Origin: an uncultured Gemmatimonadales bacterium
GTDB taxonomy: Bacteria > Gemmatimonadota > Gemmatimonadetes > Gemmatimonadales > GWC2-71-9
Length of the DNA: 64,000 bases
Direction: 5' to 3'
Assembly (NCBI GenBank): GCA_963821525.1
Contig: CAWGED010000005.1
Span: 768,001 to 832,000 of the forward strand
A model generated the notes under the pieces. The model saw only the letters and a program-made list of their open reading frames with translations, was not told where the DNA came from and searched no databases. Positions 48,872-59,380 of the stretch are shown here, piece after piece; the first letter of the stretch is position 1, and the number at the start of each line of letters is the position of its first letter. A program made the position numbers and the translations under genes.

Positions 48872-50023
48872 TCACGGAGGAGTGACGCAGCGGAATCCGA
48901 GGTGGTTGGCGCCGGTGGTGACCTCCCCCTTGCCACGGGTGCCGACCATGTAACGGGAACAATACTGATCCGTGCAGAGGAATGATCCGCCGCGATGGAC
49001 CCGCATCTGCTCGCCGGGGTGGTCGGGATCGAACGAGTCGGCTGGGCCGTGCGGGTTCCGGGCGACGGTTCCGGCCGCGGCAAGCTCGGCATAGTAGTCC
49101 GGGCGATACCAGTCGCTCACCCACTCCCAGACGTTCCCGGCCATGTCGTAGAGCCGGTAGCCGTTCGGGGGAAATTGCGCCACGGGCGCAACGCCGGGGA
49201 AGTGGTCTGCTCCGGTGTCGTGATCGGGGAAATGGCCCTGATAGGTGTTGGCCGGCCACTGGCCTCCCTCCGCAAAGTCATCGCCCCAGGGATAGACCTT
49301 GCCCGTAAGGCCTCCACGCGCGGCGAACTCCCATTCAGCTTCGGTGGGGAGGCGCTTTCCGGCCCATTTCGAATAGGCTAATGCGTCCTCGTACGCGACC
49401 TGTACTACCGGAAACCGCTCCTTCCCGACAATTGAGCTCTCCGGACCGAGCGGGTGGCGCCAATTCGCTCCCTTGGCGTATGCCCACCACTGGAAATTGT
49501 CATCCAGCGGGACCGGGTGACTCGGAGGCGAGAAGACCGCCGAACCCGCCACCAGATTCTCCGGCGGCGCCGTGGGGAAATCCTCGGCCCGTGGGGTCCG
49601 CTCGGCCAGGGTGACGTAGCCCGTCGCTTTCACGAAGACGGCGAATTGTTCGTTGGTCACTTCGGTGGTATCCATCCAGAAGCCGTCCACGTAGACGCGG
49701 TGCACCGGGCGGGAATCTTCCGTGGCCTGCATTCCGATCGTGTCGCCCATGTGCGGCGGTGCCTGCGCCCCCATGGAAAATTCGCCGCCAGGAATCCACA
49801 CCATCCCCTCCGGCGCAGGGCCGGCCGGCCGGTTCTTGTTTTCAACTGTGGGAAGAAACTGCTGTGCCGTGATCGGCTGCTCGCCCGCCGGCTTCGAGCG
49901 CAGCGCAGTGGCGGCGATGACCATCACAGCGGCGATGGCCACCCCGGCGACCAACACCCACCACTTCCTGAAGCGACTCGGTGGTGAGGCGATCTCGACC
50001 GGCGTGGGACGTTGCTTGGTCAT
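48872..50023 (-). CDS. Formylglycine-generating enzyme (FGE/SUMF1) with N-terminal TM
   Basis: RLPTEAEWEFAARGG, DMAGNVWEW, RGGSFLCTDQYCSRY and HLGFRC. Confidence 0.93.
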   Translation of the reverse strand: MTKQRPTPVEIASPPSRFRKWWVLVAGVAIAAVMVIAATALRSKPAGEQPITAQQFLPTVENKNRPAGPAPEGMVWIPGGEFSMGAQAPPHMGDTIGMQATEDSRPVHRVYVDGFWMDTTEVTNEQFAVFVKATGYVTLAERTPRAEDFPTAPPENLVAGSAVFSPPSHPVPLDDNFQWWAYAKGANWRHPLGPESSIVGKERFPVVQVAYEDALAYSKWAGKRLPTEAEWEFAARGGLTGKVYPWGDDFAEGGQWPANTYQGHFPDHDTGADHFPGVAPVAQFPPNGYRLYDMAGNVWEWVSDWYRPDYYAELAAAGTVARNPHGPADSFDPDHPGEQMRVHRGGSFLCTDQYCSRYMVGTRGKGEVTTGANHLGFRCVTPP

Positions 50024-50030
50024 TTCGTGG

Positions 50031-50852
50031 CTATGAACTCTCGCGGAACGCCCGCAGGCGCTGGTTGAAGCCGGCTGCGTCGTCCCAAAAGGCTGCGTGG
50101 CCGGCATTCGCCATCATATGAACCTGGGCGTGCTTCATGCCCGCCTTGTGCTGGTCCACGATCTCTGGTTTGACGATCGCATCCTTGGCGCCATGGGTGA
50201 TCAAGACCGGTTTCCGGAGTTTCGGCATCAGGTCGTCGTTGTTGAAGGATCGGGAAAACATGGCCTGACGGACGTAGGGCGGGACCGACAGGTTAAAGCC
50301 CATCATGAGGTAGAGGTCCGGAGCCGAGGGTTCCTCGATGACGCAAAGCCTCACCAACGAGCTCAGGGCTCGGAAGCTTTCTTCGACATCCGTTGCAAAC
50401 ATCCCCGGCACGAGGCTCAGAAATTCGGGTGAGAGGACGGCCATCGCGTCGTCGGTGCCAAGCTTGGTGATCGCCCCTACGAAGTGGATGCCGCCGATGC
50501 GCTCTTCGCCGTAATGGCGCAGGTAGTCGAGGATGACGAGTGGCCCGTAGGACCAGCCACAGAGGATTGGGTGGTCGAGATTTAATCCCTCGATGGCCGC
50601 GTTGACGTCATCGGCCCAGGGCTTCGAGTCGATGTAGCCCTCGCGCGGCTTGTCGGAGAGGCCATGGCCCCGAAGATCCATGGCGACCAGTCGGTAATCT
50701 TTGGCGAGGTCGGAATTGAGCTGCTTACTCCAGGTGAGCCAGCATTGCGAGGTGCCGTGCAGGAACAGAATCGGGCGACCCTTGGGGTTACCCGTCTCGG
50801 CGACGTGGAGTTTGATGCCTCCGCCGCCGGTGATGTAGTGGCTGGTTGTCAT
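50031..50852 (-). CDS. Alpha/beta hydrolase (non-heme haloperoxidase/arylesterase-like)
   Basis: FLHG, DLRGHG, GWSYG, HGAKD and GHA. Confidence 0.9.
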   Translation of the reverse strand: MTTSHYITGGGGIKLHVAETGNPKGRPILFLHGTSQCWLTWSKQLNSDLAKDYRLVAMDLRGHGLSDKPREGYIDSKPWADDVNAAIEGLNLDHPILCGWSYGPLVILDYLRHYGEERIGGIHFVGAITKLGTDDAMAVLSPEFLSLVPGMFATDVEESFRALSSLVRLCVIEEPSAPDLYLMMGFNLSVPPYVRQAMFSRSFNNDDLMPKLRKPVLITHGAKDAIVKPEIVDQHKAGMKHAQVHMMANAGHAAFWDDAAGFNQRLRAFRESS

Positions 50853-51025
50853 GCGGTACCTCGAAGCGGCCTGGCGATGGGTATGGAACGGGGGACGGCG
50901 TCCAGCGGTCCCGAGTCCGGAGAATAGAACGACTGTGGGGGCTCGCGAGGCACCCAAGACCACGGGCCCAGCCTCCGGGGGGATGAGTGCTAGACCTTTG
51001 AGTGAGTCGGCTCGCCGCGCACCCC

Positions 51026-52621
51026 TCATTGCATCAGAGCGGCGATCCGCTCGGCCAACGCCGCGATAGTCCGGGAGGGATTGAGACCCACCGCTTCGGG
51101 GATGATGGCCCCGTCCGCCACGTAGAGCCCGGGGTAGTTGAACACCTCCCCGGCATGATTCACCACACCGGATGCGGCGGTCTCTCCCATGTTGCAGCCC
51201 CCCAAGGGGTGGGGAGTAACCAGGTTCTTGAACAGGGTCCAGGTCGGCGGCAGCCAGACCTTTTCGCCATTGGTGGCGGCGGTCAGCTTCTTGTGCATCG
51301 CGATGATCGCCTCGATGATCGCTTCGCTCCGTTTCACATCCCAGTTGAGCTTGAGCACCCGGCGCCAGGGGGCGCACAACCGCCGGCCGAGATAGAGCTT
51401 GCCATCGGCGGCATCGATCCCCTGGGCAAACCAGGGCATCATGTGTTCCAGGACATCGTGCTCCAGCGCCGCCTCGCGCAGCGACTTGAAGAAGGTGCGC
51501 GCCATCCGGCTGCCGCCCCATTTCGGAAGATGGGAATCGAGGTAAGCCTTGAGCAGATCGGGCACGCCGCCATCCTCGATGAAAAACTGTTCCCCCTCCT
51601 TGTTATCCAGGAAGTCGATCACCGAGGTGATGGTGGGACCGTGACTGGGGGAGACAGCCGGCTCCCGGTGGGGATAGAAGGCGGGGGTGAGGAAGTCTCC
51701 ATTGGAGCTCCACCCGAGCCCCAGGTAAGGACTCAACCTGGGCAGGGTGCGGTACTGATCGCGACAGCGCAATAACAACTCGGTGGAGCCGAGGGAGCCG
51801 GCGGCGAGGATTACCCGGTCGGCGGTGGCGCTCCCCGGGGTGCAGCTGTGGGCGTGGTCAGGTTCGATCTCATCGAAGCGGACCCGGTAGCCCCGGTCGA
51901 ACGGCTCGATCAACCGCACCAGGTGCAGCGGCTTGACGGTGACACCCTTGCTACGGGCCCGGGCGAGGTAGTTGAGATCGAGGGTGTTCTTCGCCTTGAC
52001 CGGACAGCCGACGTCGCAATACCCCCGATGGACGCAGGTGCCCTGCTGCTGCCCCTGGGGGTTGGTCCAGGTGACGGAGTGCTTCTCGTCGAACCGATCC
52101 GCCAGTTGATAGTTCCAGCTGTCGCTGAAGGTCACCGCCAGCGGCAGCTTGGAGAAGCGCTGGCTGGCGCCGATCTTCTCCGCCCCTTCCCGCATGATCT
52201 TGAACCGTTCAGTGAGCTGGTTGTCAGGCAGGACCTGCACCCCGAGCATCTCTCCCACTGCGTCCAGATAGGAATCGAGCGCGGCATAGGTGATTTCCCG
52301 AGGCCAGCCTCTGGCGAAGTGCTCTGCCTTGGGCTTGACCGAGACGTTGGCATAGATCAGCGAGCCGCCCCCGACGCCGGCTCCTTGGGCAACGATCAGG
52401 TCGTCAAAGAACCGCAGGTCGACCCAGCCACTGGCCACCTCCGGCGCCTCCGGGTCATAGAGCCAGCGGTTCGACTTGCGCCAGGGGTAGTCCTCCACCT
52501 GCCATTCCCGGCCCCGCTCCAGTACCAGGATCCGGCGCAACCCCCGCTCGGCGAGGCGGCAGGCGGTGACCGACCCGCCGAACCCGCTGCCGATGATGAT
52601 GACGTCGTAGTCGTTAGCCAT
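51026..52621 (-). CDS. GMC-family FAD oxidoreductase, cholesterol oxidase-like
   Basis: GSGFGG, GVGGGSLIYANV, CVHRGYCDVGC, KNTLDLNYL, THPLGG-like (PHPLGG) and GLNPS.TI. Confidence 0.9.
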   Translation of the reverse strand: MANDYDVIIIGSGFGGSVTACRLAERGLRRILVLERGREWQVEDYPWRKSNRWLYDPEAPEVASGWVDLRFFDDLIVAQGAGVGGGSLIYANVSVKPKAEHFARGWPREITYAALDSYLDAVGEMLGVQVLPDNQLTERFKIMREGAEKIGASQRFSKLPLAVTFSDSWNYQLADRFDEKHSVTWTNPQGQQQGTCVHRGYCDVGCPVKAKNTLDLNYLARARSKGVTVKPLHLVRLIEPFDRGYRVRFDEIEPDHAHSCTPGSATADRVILAAGSLGSTELLLRCRDQYRTLPRLSPYLGLGWSSNGDFLTPAFYPHREPAVSPSHGPTITSVIDFLDNKEGEQFFIEDGGVPDLLKAYLDSHLPKWGGSRMARTFFKSLREAALEHDVLEHMMPWFAQGIDAADGKLYLGRRLCAPWRRVLKLNWDVKRSEAIIEAIIAMHKKLTAATNGEKVWLPPTWTLFKNLVTPHPLGGCNMGETAASGVVNHAGEVFNYPGLYVADGAIIPEAVGLNPSRTIAALAERIAALMQ

Positions 52622-52633
52622 TGAGGCAGTTCC

Positions 52634-54526
52634 TCAGAGCCAGTTGACCGGGCCGTCGACCCGCAGCACAGGGATCGTGCCCGCCTTCGGCGCGATGAAT
52701 GGATCACCCTCTGCCCGCTGCGCTGGATCGACCCATTCATCATCCTGCGGCACCTTGGGCACCCCGATCGCGTGCATTGCGAGGGTCCCCGCGCGGCTGA
52801 TCCGCAGCCGGAGGAAGTTCTTGCAGTCGGGGATAGCCTGCGAGGAAAAGAGCTCGTTGATATGCCCCGCGTGGAACTTGCTCGAGAACCAGAGATAGAA
52901 GGCGAACAACATCCCACCCAGAAATCCCCCACCGATCACCATCTCCAGGGTGAAGACGATCACCTGGACCGCGCTATCCTCCTGCATGTGCCTGAGGTTG
53001 ATCGTCGAGATGGCCCAGATCATTCCGAAGCAGAGCAACAGGTGCATCACCCCATGAACAGCGCCCAGCCAGGGGAAGGCGACCCGCTTTTCGGAAGCCC
53101 GGAACTGATAGAGACCCAGGACCACCAGGAGGGCAAAGGCGACATTCGACGGGCTATGCCGCAGAATCTGCCAATAGGAATCGATCACCGAGCCTACCTC
53201 GGTCGCTCCCCTCCCTTGCAGGCAACGCATCAGGGTCGCGTTGTAACGGGGCAGGCCACAGTCGATCGTGTGCCCCTTGCTGGTGCTTTGCAGAGTCCAG
53301 GCGAAAAAGAGGTAGATAACACCGAGGAAGAAACTGAACATTCGATTGCGAAAGGGCAGCTTAAAGCATTTGCGAGCCCAGGTATGGGACTCCTCCTCCG
53401 AGGGATACATGGCTTCGCGCCGATACTGCACGATCTGATCGTCTTCAGTCAGGTCGAGCTGCATCGGCATGTGATGGGTGGGGTAGAGATAGGCCCCCCC
53501 GCCCCCCGACGTGATCCGCTGGATGCGATGATGTGGCTCAGGCGCAGGCTCCTTTCCTTCCGCGTTCGGCTCTTTCGGTTTGAGCTCGCTCCGGGAAACC
53601 CCAGCATACCGCATGTAGTGGTGGGCATCGCCTGAAATCGTGGCGGCCAGCCGGATGCCGCATTCGCGAATACGGGTGCGCTCGAAGAAGGCCTCGCTGT
53701 CGAAGAGGTGCGGCTCGGGATACCGGGTGCCCATTCCCGGAGAGGCCTCCGATCCGCAAGCCACCCAGGTCGGGACACCGGTGCAGAGAATCAGCCGCGG
53801 CTCCTCGTCTTTGGGGGAGGCCTGTGTCATGCTCTCTCCCACCCGACGGAAGTAGTCCAGCTGCGGCTGATCGATGTCGGCGCCGAGCTGGATATCGACC
53901 CCCCAGAGCCACCAGTTGTGCGGCAGCCGGAGGGCGAAATAGCTGCGCCGCTGCCGGGTGGCCCAGCGGCCGATGCGCCGCCCCTGACAGAAGACCCGGA
54001 GGAAGCTGGTCAGTCCATCGTACCAGTCGTGATTTCCCGGGATGGCGTAGAGATCGGGATCGTCAGGCCGGCCACCTTCGGGGAAATCGGGCAGCGCCGA
54101 CTCATAGGGTCCGCGCAGCCGATGACGATAGGCATCCTGACCCGGGGTGGGATAGACCTGATCTCCTCCCATCACCAGGAAGCGCCCGCGGGGCAGCGGT
54201 GTTTCGTCAGGCCCGGGCAGGGTGACTGAGGGTTGGGCCAGCAACCAGGCGATGGCGTAGGTCGAGTTGAAACCGTCCCCCAAGTCGGCCACGAAGTCGA
54301 ACCAGAAATCGTCAGAGCCATAGTCGGAGTAGTCGGCATCGTAGGGGGCGGGGCTCTGCTGCAACGGATGCAACGCCGCCTGCATTTCCCGCTTGTCGGC
54401 GTAGGCACCGAAGACCCCCGCCACCACCGCCTTCACCGCCGTTCTCGACAGTTGAACGGGGTGCAGCCAATCGGTCATCTTCTCTCGTCTGAACTCCGGA
54501 GCCATCCCCCTGGCGGGCGGGGTCAT
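52634..54526 (-). CDS. Calcineurin-like metallophosphoesterase with C-terminal TM segments
   Basis: ADLGDG, GGDQVYP, PGNHDWYDG, GDAHHY and SGGGGAYLYPTH; about four TMs. Confidence 0.85.
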   Translation of the reverse strand: MTPPARGMAPEFRREKMTDWLHPVQLSRTAVKAVVAGVFGAYADKREMQAALHPLQQSPAPYDADYSDYGSDDFWFDFVADLGDGFNSTYAIAWLLAQPSVTLPGPDETPLPRGRFLVMGGDQVYPTPGQDAYRHRLRGPYESALPDFPEGGRPDDPDLYAIPGNHDWYDGLTSFLRVFCQGRRIGRWATRQRRSYFALRLPHNWWLWGVDIQLGADIDQPQLDYFRRVGESMTQASPKDEEPRLILCTGVPTWVACGSEASPGMGTRYPEPHLFDSEAFFERTRIRECGIRLAATISGDAHHYMRYAGVSRSELKPKEPNAEGKEPAPEPHHRIQRITSGGGGAYLYPTHHMPMQLDLTEDDQIVQYRREAMYPSEEESHTWARKCFKLPFRNRMFSFFLGVIYLFFAWTLQSTSKGHTIDCGLPRYNATLMRCLQGRGATEVGSVIDSYWQILRHSPSNVAFALLVVLGLYQFRASEKRVAFPWLGAVHGVMHLLLCFGMIWAISTINLRHMQEDSAVQVIVFTLEMVIGGGFLGGMLFAFYLWFSSKFHAGHINELFSSQAIPDCKNFLRLRISRAGTLAMHAIGVPKVPQDDEWVDPAQRAEGDPFIAPKAGTIPVLRVDGPVNWL

Positions 54527-54575
54527 GAGCGAATCACGGGTGGCAGCGAGGGGGAGATTGAGGCGTTAGACCGGT

Positions 54576-56116
54576 TCATGCGCTGGGTGCCGGCCCGCCG
54601 TATTGATCCCACAACTGTCCGATGAAGAACTTGCCGAACCTGGCCACGGCCGCCGCCGCCTCTCCGATCGACTCGCTGCCGGTGGCGTGCATGGTGGAGA
54701 CGAGCCGACCCAGCTCGATCACGCCGAGGCGCAGGATGCCGGCCCCGACCACCTTGCCCTGGGCGTCGGTCCCCTCGTGGAGCTGGGTGAAGAGGGTCGT
54801 GGTGTCGCTCCAGAGATCGGGTCCCGGATCATCCCGCACCACCTTCTTGCCGGCGAGGTAGTAGTCCTTTTCTCCATGGCGAAAACCCAGCTCGTAGACC
54901 ATGTAGCGGGTGCGAGGACTGTCTGCCGGGGAGAAGAGTTGGAAGACGCCGGTGCGAGCGGGGAGGTCGGTGCCGAATGGAGGGTAGCTGATCGACCCGG
55001 TAATTCGTCCGCCATGCTGCGGATCTTTGATGAAGCGGTCCAGATCCTCAATCGAGATGGTCGCCCGCATGGTGAGGGTGGGGGCACTGTCGGCGGCACC
55101 GGTCTTGGGGTCGGTCGCGCCGAGAGTGACGTGGCCTTCCATCGTTTCGCGGAAGGTGATGCCGATAGCCGAGGGGGTCATGGCTGTGACCTCAGGCGCA
55201 AAGGGGAGACCGCCAGGGGCCCGCTGCCCGAGATAGGCATGGGCGTCCTGATAGCCCATTTCGATCAGGGTCGCGGCGTCGATCCGGCCGAGGTAGTAGT
55301 CGGGATCGAGGGGAAGGGGATAGTTGGGTCGGATGACGTGAAGAGTGATCGGCCGGGTGCGACCGCCGATCGCCTCTCCCGCGGCGATGCGCTGATTGAG
55401 CTCCCGGATACGCTCGAATTCCTCGAACAGCGCGCCGTTGGCGGAGAGCTCGATCATGTGGACATACTGATAGAAGGGGCCGCCGCGATAGTGCGGGGTA
55501 TTGCCGATGCACCAGACCACCCAGAGCTCATCCGCTCCCCGGGCTACCGCTTCCATCAGATTGGCGTCCTTGATCCAGACCGAATCGAGGTAGAGGGCAT
55601 CCCCCTTTTTGACTGCGGGCATGAACAACGGCAGCGAGATCCCGGCGACCAGCAGATCGCGGTCGACCCTGTCGTTGGGGATCGCTTCGTTGGTCTTGCG
55701 GGTGAAGTTGCAGACGTTGAAGGTCCCGCTCATTCCAGTAGCGGCATTGATCCGGCCGACGTCGATGCCGAGATGGGGAAAGACCTTGTTGACGATCCCG
55801 TCGGCATCGCCCATCGCCGGCACGGCAAGGCCCTTGAGATACTCCCGGAGGGGCAGGAGCGAGACGAAGTCGTGCACGTTGAGAGTACGCCAGCGGTGGC
55901 ACATCTCGTCAGGCGTCAGCCCCGAGAAGAGCATGGCGAGGTTGATGGTCCCGCCCGAGGTGCCGTCGGCATGGAAGAAGGAGAGGCCGGCTTCCTCCAG
56001 CGCCCGAATCACCCCCGCCTGGTAGGCGACCCGCATCCCTCCCCCGGCAAGAATGAGGGCTCGGCGCGGGGCCGTTCCCGCGCCGCGGCGAGGGAGGGCC
56101 GGTGCGCTGCCGTCAC
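54576..56116 (-). CDS. Patatin-like phospholipase fused to a cholesterol-oxidase-associated beta domain (5' frameshift)
   Basis: LILAGGGMRVAYQAG, GTSGG and YLDSVW; C-terminal GITFRETMEG..LWSDTTTL domain; GTGA-coupled start at 56116. Confidence 0.85.
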
Positions 56117-56496
56117 GACCGGCTACCGCCCTGCGCCAGGTACCAGAAGATCAGCACACCGGAGAAGAGATCGAACCCGGCGACCAGCAGCGCGACGGGA
56201 CTGAAGATCGCATGCCAGACGCCGAGCCCGACGGCGGCCGAGGCCCCCAGCTTCTGCAGCCCCGCCCAGAAGAGGACGATCGGCTGGGCGGTGGGGCTCC
56301 GCAGCGCCTGCAGCAGCGCGCCGCCGAAGAGCAGCATGAACATCCCCACGATGCCGAAGAAGTGATTGCCGGCCGGGGTGCTCGCCCCGCCAACGAACCG
56401 CAGGACCAGGGAGGGCCAGAACATCTGCACCGCGCCGCTCACAATCGTGGCCACAGCGATCAGCATCAGGAAGCGCCACAACCATTCGCGCGACAT
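56113..56496 (-). CDS. Small four-TM membrane protein
   Basis: MSREWLWRFLMLIAV; HFFGIVGMFM and QKLGAS. Confidence 0.75.
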   Translation of the reverse strand: MSREWLWRFLMLIAVATIVSGAVQMFWPSLVLRFVGGASTPAGNHFFGIVGMFMLLFGGALLQALRSPTAQPIVLFWAGLQKLGASAAVGLGVWHAIFSPVALLVAGFDLFSGVLIFWYLAQGGSRS

Positions 56497-56990
56497 CACT
56501 TCCTCCCTTCCCCGATCGCATCCAGGGTATCTCCCCGGCGGAAGAAATAGGTCATCAGCACCAGCCACATCAGGGTGAGGAGCACCCAGCGGATGTCATT
56601 GAGGGACATCCAGCGGCGGAGCAGTGCCGTGAGCTGCTCCTGGTCGGTGATGTGGCCGGCGAGGATCTTGTTCACCGGAATGATCCGCAGGGTGCCGACG
56701 ATAGTGGCGGTGCCGAGACAGGCGAGTGCCGCGATCGGGTACCAGCGGAAGCGGGTAGACCACTCCTGCCAGACCATGATGGCACCGGTGAGAATCATCA
56801 ACGGCACTACGATGGTGAAGAAGCGGGTCGCGGTGCTGGTCTGGGGAATGAACTGGTCGTAGTAGTTGTCGACTGCGAGGTGCTGCCAGCTGGGGAACCA
56901 GAAGAAGTGCAGCGCCCAGAGCACGCCGACGTAGAGGGTGGTACCGAAGAAGAGATAGCCGTGATTGAGGGCCAGCAGGATGCGCTTCAT
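56496..56990 (-). CDS. Membrane protein (DUF1772/anthrone-oxygenase-like topology)
   Basis: Four TMs; IIPVN..W..LNDIRW pattern. Confidence 0.7.
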   Translation of the reverse strand: MKRILLALNHGYLFFGTTLYVGVLWALHFFWFPSWQHLAVDNYYDQFIPQTSTATRFFTIVVPLMILTGAIMVWQEWSTRFRWYPIAALACLGTATIVGTLRIIPVNKILAGHITDQEQLTALLRRWMSLNDIRWVLLTLMWLVLMTYFFRRGDTLDAIGEGRK

Positions 56991-57041
56991 GGGTCGCAAG
57001 CTCCGGTGGGACTGGGCAGAGGGTTGCGGTCGGAAGAAACT

Positions 57042-57909
57042 TCACCGCCCCGCGGTGGGAGGCGGGGGCCACACCTGGGCCAGGCCCAGTTGGGCGACGC
57101 TTTCGAGACCTTCGGGCGGCGAGGTCGGCGCGGTGGGAAAGCTCAGGAACCAGCTCTCGAAGTAGTCGTCCAGCAATCCGACGGCGTCGGGGATGAAAGC
57201 GGTGAAGAGCGGCCGGGGGGCGATATCCAGCTGCTTGAGCGGCGCCAGCCGCGGGTGCGGCCCGATTGTCAGCCGGGCCGACGCCTTGCCCAGAAGGCCG
57301 AGGGCGGCGTGGCCCTTGAAGTAGATGTAGGACTTCATCAGGAGGCCGCGGAAGCCGCAGTAGTTGGCGGTGCCGACGTTGAGCGGCAGCCAGCTCTTGC
57401 CGGGGCGATCGACCTCGATCAGCATGGCGAGCTGGCCGTCGAGATCGTACTGGCTGCTCACCATGGTGTCGCTGAGCTTGAAATCGAGGCTGGCCTGGTG
57501 CTTGGGCATCCCCCAGATCCCCTTTCCACCCTTGACCGAGACCTCCGTGCTTACCGGCAGGTCGAAGACGTACTGGCCAGTGCCGTAGGCTGGAGCAGCA
57601 AGGCAGGCAACAGCCGGGGCGCCCGCTTCCGGCCCATGGGTGCAGGCGATCGCGATGCTGAACTCGATGTAAGTGCCGATGTTGGTAGCGAGATAGTGGA
57701 TCACCGTGATGACCAGCAAGCCACGATTCCACAAGCGGAACGGATGGACCTCCCCGCCGGGCAGCAGCGCCGCCGCCTTCCCGGCGTCGATCGGAAAGGC
57801 CGCCATAAGGGCGCGGCGAGGGCTGACAGGTGACCGGCAAGCGGAACGGGATGCCGTCCACCAGCGCATATCGCCCCGACCTCTCCCGCAATCGGTCGGG
57901 TATCCCCAT
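57042..57909 (-). CDS. Acetoacetate decarboxylase-family protein (frameshifts)
   Basis: IG.YIEFSIA and LPVSTEVSVKGGKGIWGMPK (ADC Schiff-base Lys region); RBS ggagg. Confidence 0.8.
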
Positions 57910-57923
57910 AACTCCTCCGCTGG

Positions 57924-58983
57924 CTAACTGCCGCGTTCGATCTCGGCCAGCATCAGGGGGAAGACGTCCACCGCCGCATTCTGGCCCATGAATACATCGA
58001 GATGACCATAGCCCCCCAGCAAGTGCATCGAATGGAATTCGCGCCGGTGGTGGTCGAAGTAGTCGTAGGTGCGCTGCTGGCTCTCGGGCAGGAAACAGCG
58101 ATTCATGTCGCCGGCGAAGAAGGCGAACCGGGCGTCGGTCCGGGGCGGCTCGGCGAGCAGGTTCTCGGGCAGCTCGGGGAGCCCGCCGACCGGCACCAGC
58201 TGCCCCCGACCTACGCGCTTGGGGATCTGCTTGAAGAACGTCATCGGCACATGGGCGAATTCGGCTTGAGCCATTCATGGGTTTCGGGATTCAGGTTCTC
58301 GTGCCGCCAGAGGGTGGGGAAGCCGGTGCCGTAGGTGAAGCTGGCGTAGCGGCAGACCATATTGTCGCACTCGCGGTGGGTTAGCCGCACAAAGGCGGTG
58401 ATCAGCCGCGCGGTGGTGGTCGGGGCGTGGATGCCCCACTGGCAATCGAGGTAGGGTGTCAGCTTCGCAACCAGCGGCAACGCCAGCCTGAGCTTGAGTG
58501 CCGACAGGCCGGGGACCACCGGGTGGAGCGAGACGGCGTTGGAGAGGATCGGTGTGGCCTGGGGGATCAAGCCGGCCACCGCCGAGAGCATGAAGCTGGT
58601 GGAGCCTTGGCAGTGGACCACCGCCGGGAGGGTCGTGGCGCCGGTTTCGGCTAACACGGTCCGGACGGCGACGGGGTGATCGTGCACCGCGGCCTGGTCC
58701 AGACTCCACTCGTTGGGGGGAGATCGATGCTGGCGCGCCAGTTCTCCAGCCAGACGTCGTAGCCGCGGGCGACCAGGTAGTCCACCAGCGAGGTGCGCAC
58801 CGGAGCTCGGAAGATATTGGCCCGCACCCCCGCACCGTGCACCAGGAGGACCGGCCCCCGGGTTGCCTCCTGCGGCCCCCTGACATTGATGAGGTTGCAG
58901 GCGAAGCCATCCCCCGCCGTGAACGGCACGACCCGCTCGCGGTACCCTCCTCCTGGCGCACCAACTCCAGATGCACCGTTCAC
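57924..58983 (-). CDS. Alpha/beta hydrolase with Cys nucleophile (two frameshifts)
   Basis: VLLVHGAG, GYDVWLENWRAS, VHCQGS elbow and GYGHLDVF. Confidence 0.82.
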
Positions 58984-59284
58984 AGGACCTTTTCCGGTGG
59001 CTCGGGCGGCATTCTGCCCTCCTGTTCCGGCACCTCTCGAACGAGGGTCCGATCAACCCGGAATAACATGCGGCTGGTGGGGAGGGGGCGCTAGGTGCGA
59101 GGCGGGCCCGACGCGCGTGTCCGAGTGGAGTCGTATCCTGGTCGAGTCAGCACGAATACTCTCTGAACGCCTGGCGTGTGCTCCGCAAGAGTCCGCCACG
59201 CTGCGGAATCGGGTCGATCCTCCGCCGGTAATTCATTCGGACCGATCCACGCGATGTGCTCAGTCGGATGCGTGACGTCATCGG

Positions 59285-59314
59285 CGTTGGCCGTTGGCTG
59301 TTAGCGGTTAGCTG
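59285..59314. repeat. Heptamer array (CGTTGGC/GTTAGC)n
   Basis: cgttggc cgttggc tgttagc ggttagc. Confidence 0.7.
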
Positions 59315-59380
59315 AGAGCAGGCAAATGGGAGAATTCGCGGGCTGCCGCTGCTGGTCTATTGCTGAAATGTGACCGTTCG

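Noticed and set aside
50031..51521. 496-aa hydrolase with long N-terminal extension
   Set aside because: The extension is an alternative frame of the GMC gene; the real start is 50852.
57924..58983. PHA synthase PhaC
   Set aside because: A Cys elbow is present, but the motif is VHCQG rather than GxCxGG, and there is no phaE/phaA/phaB context.
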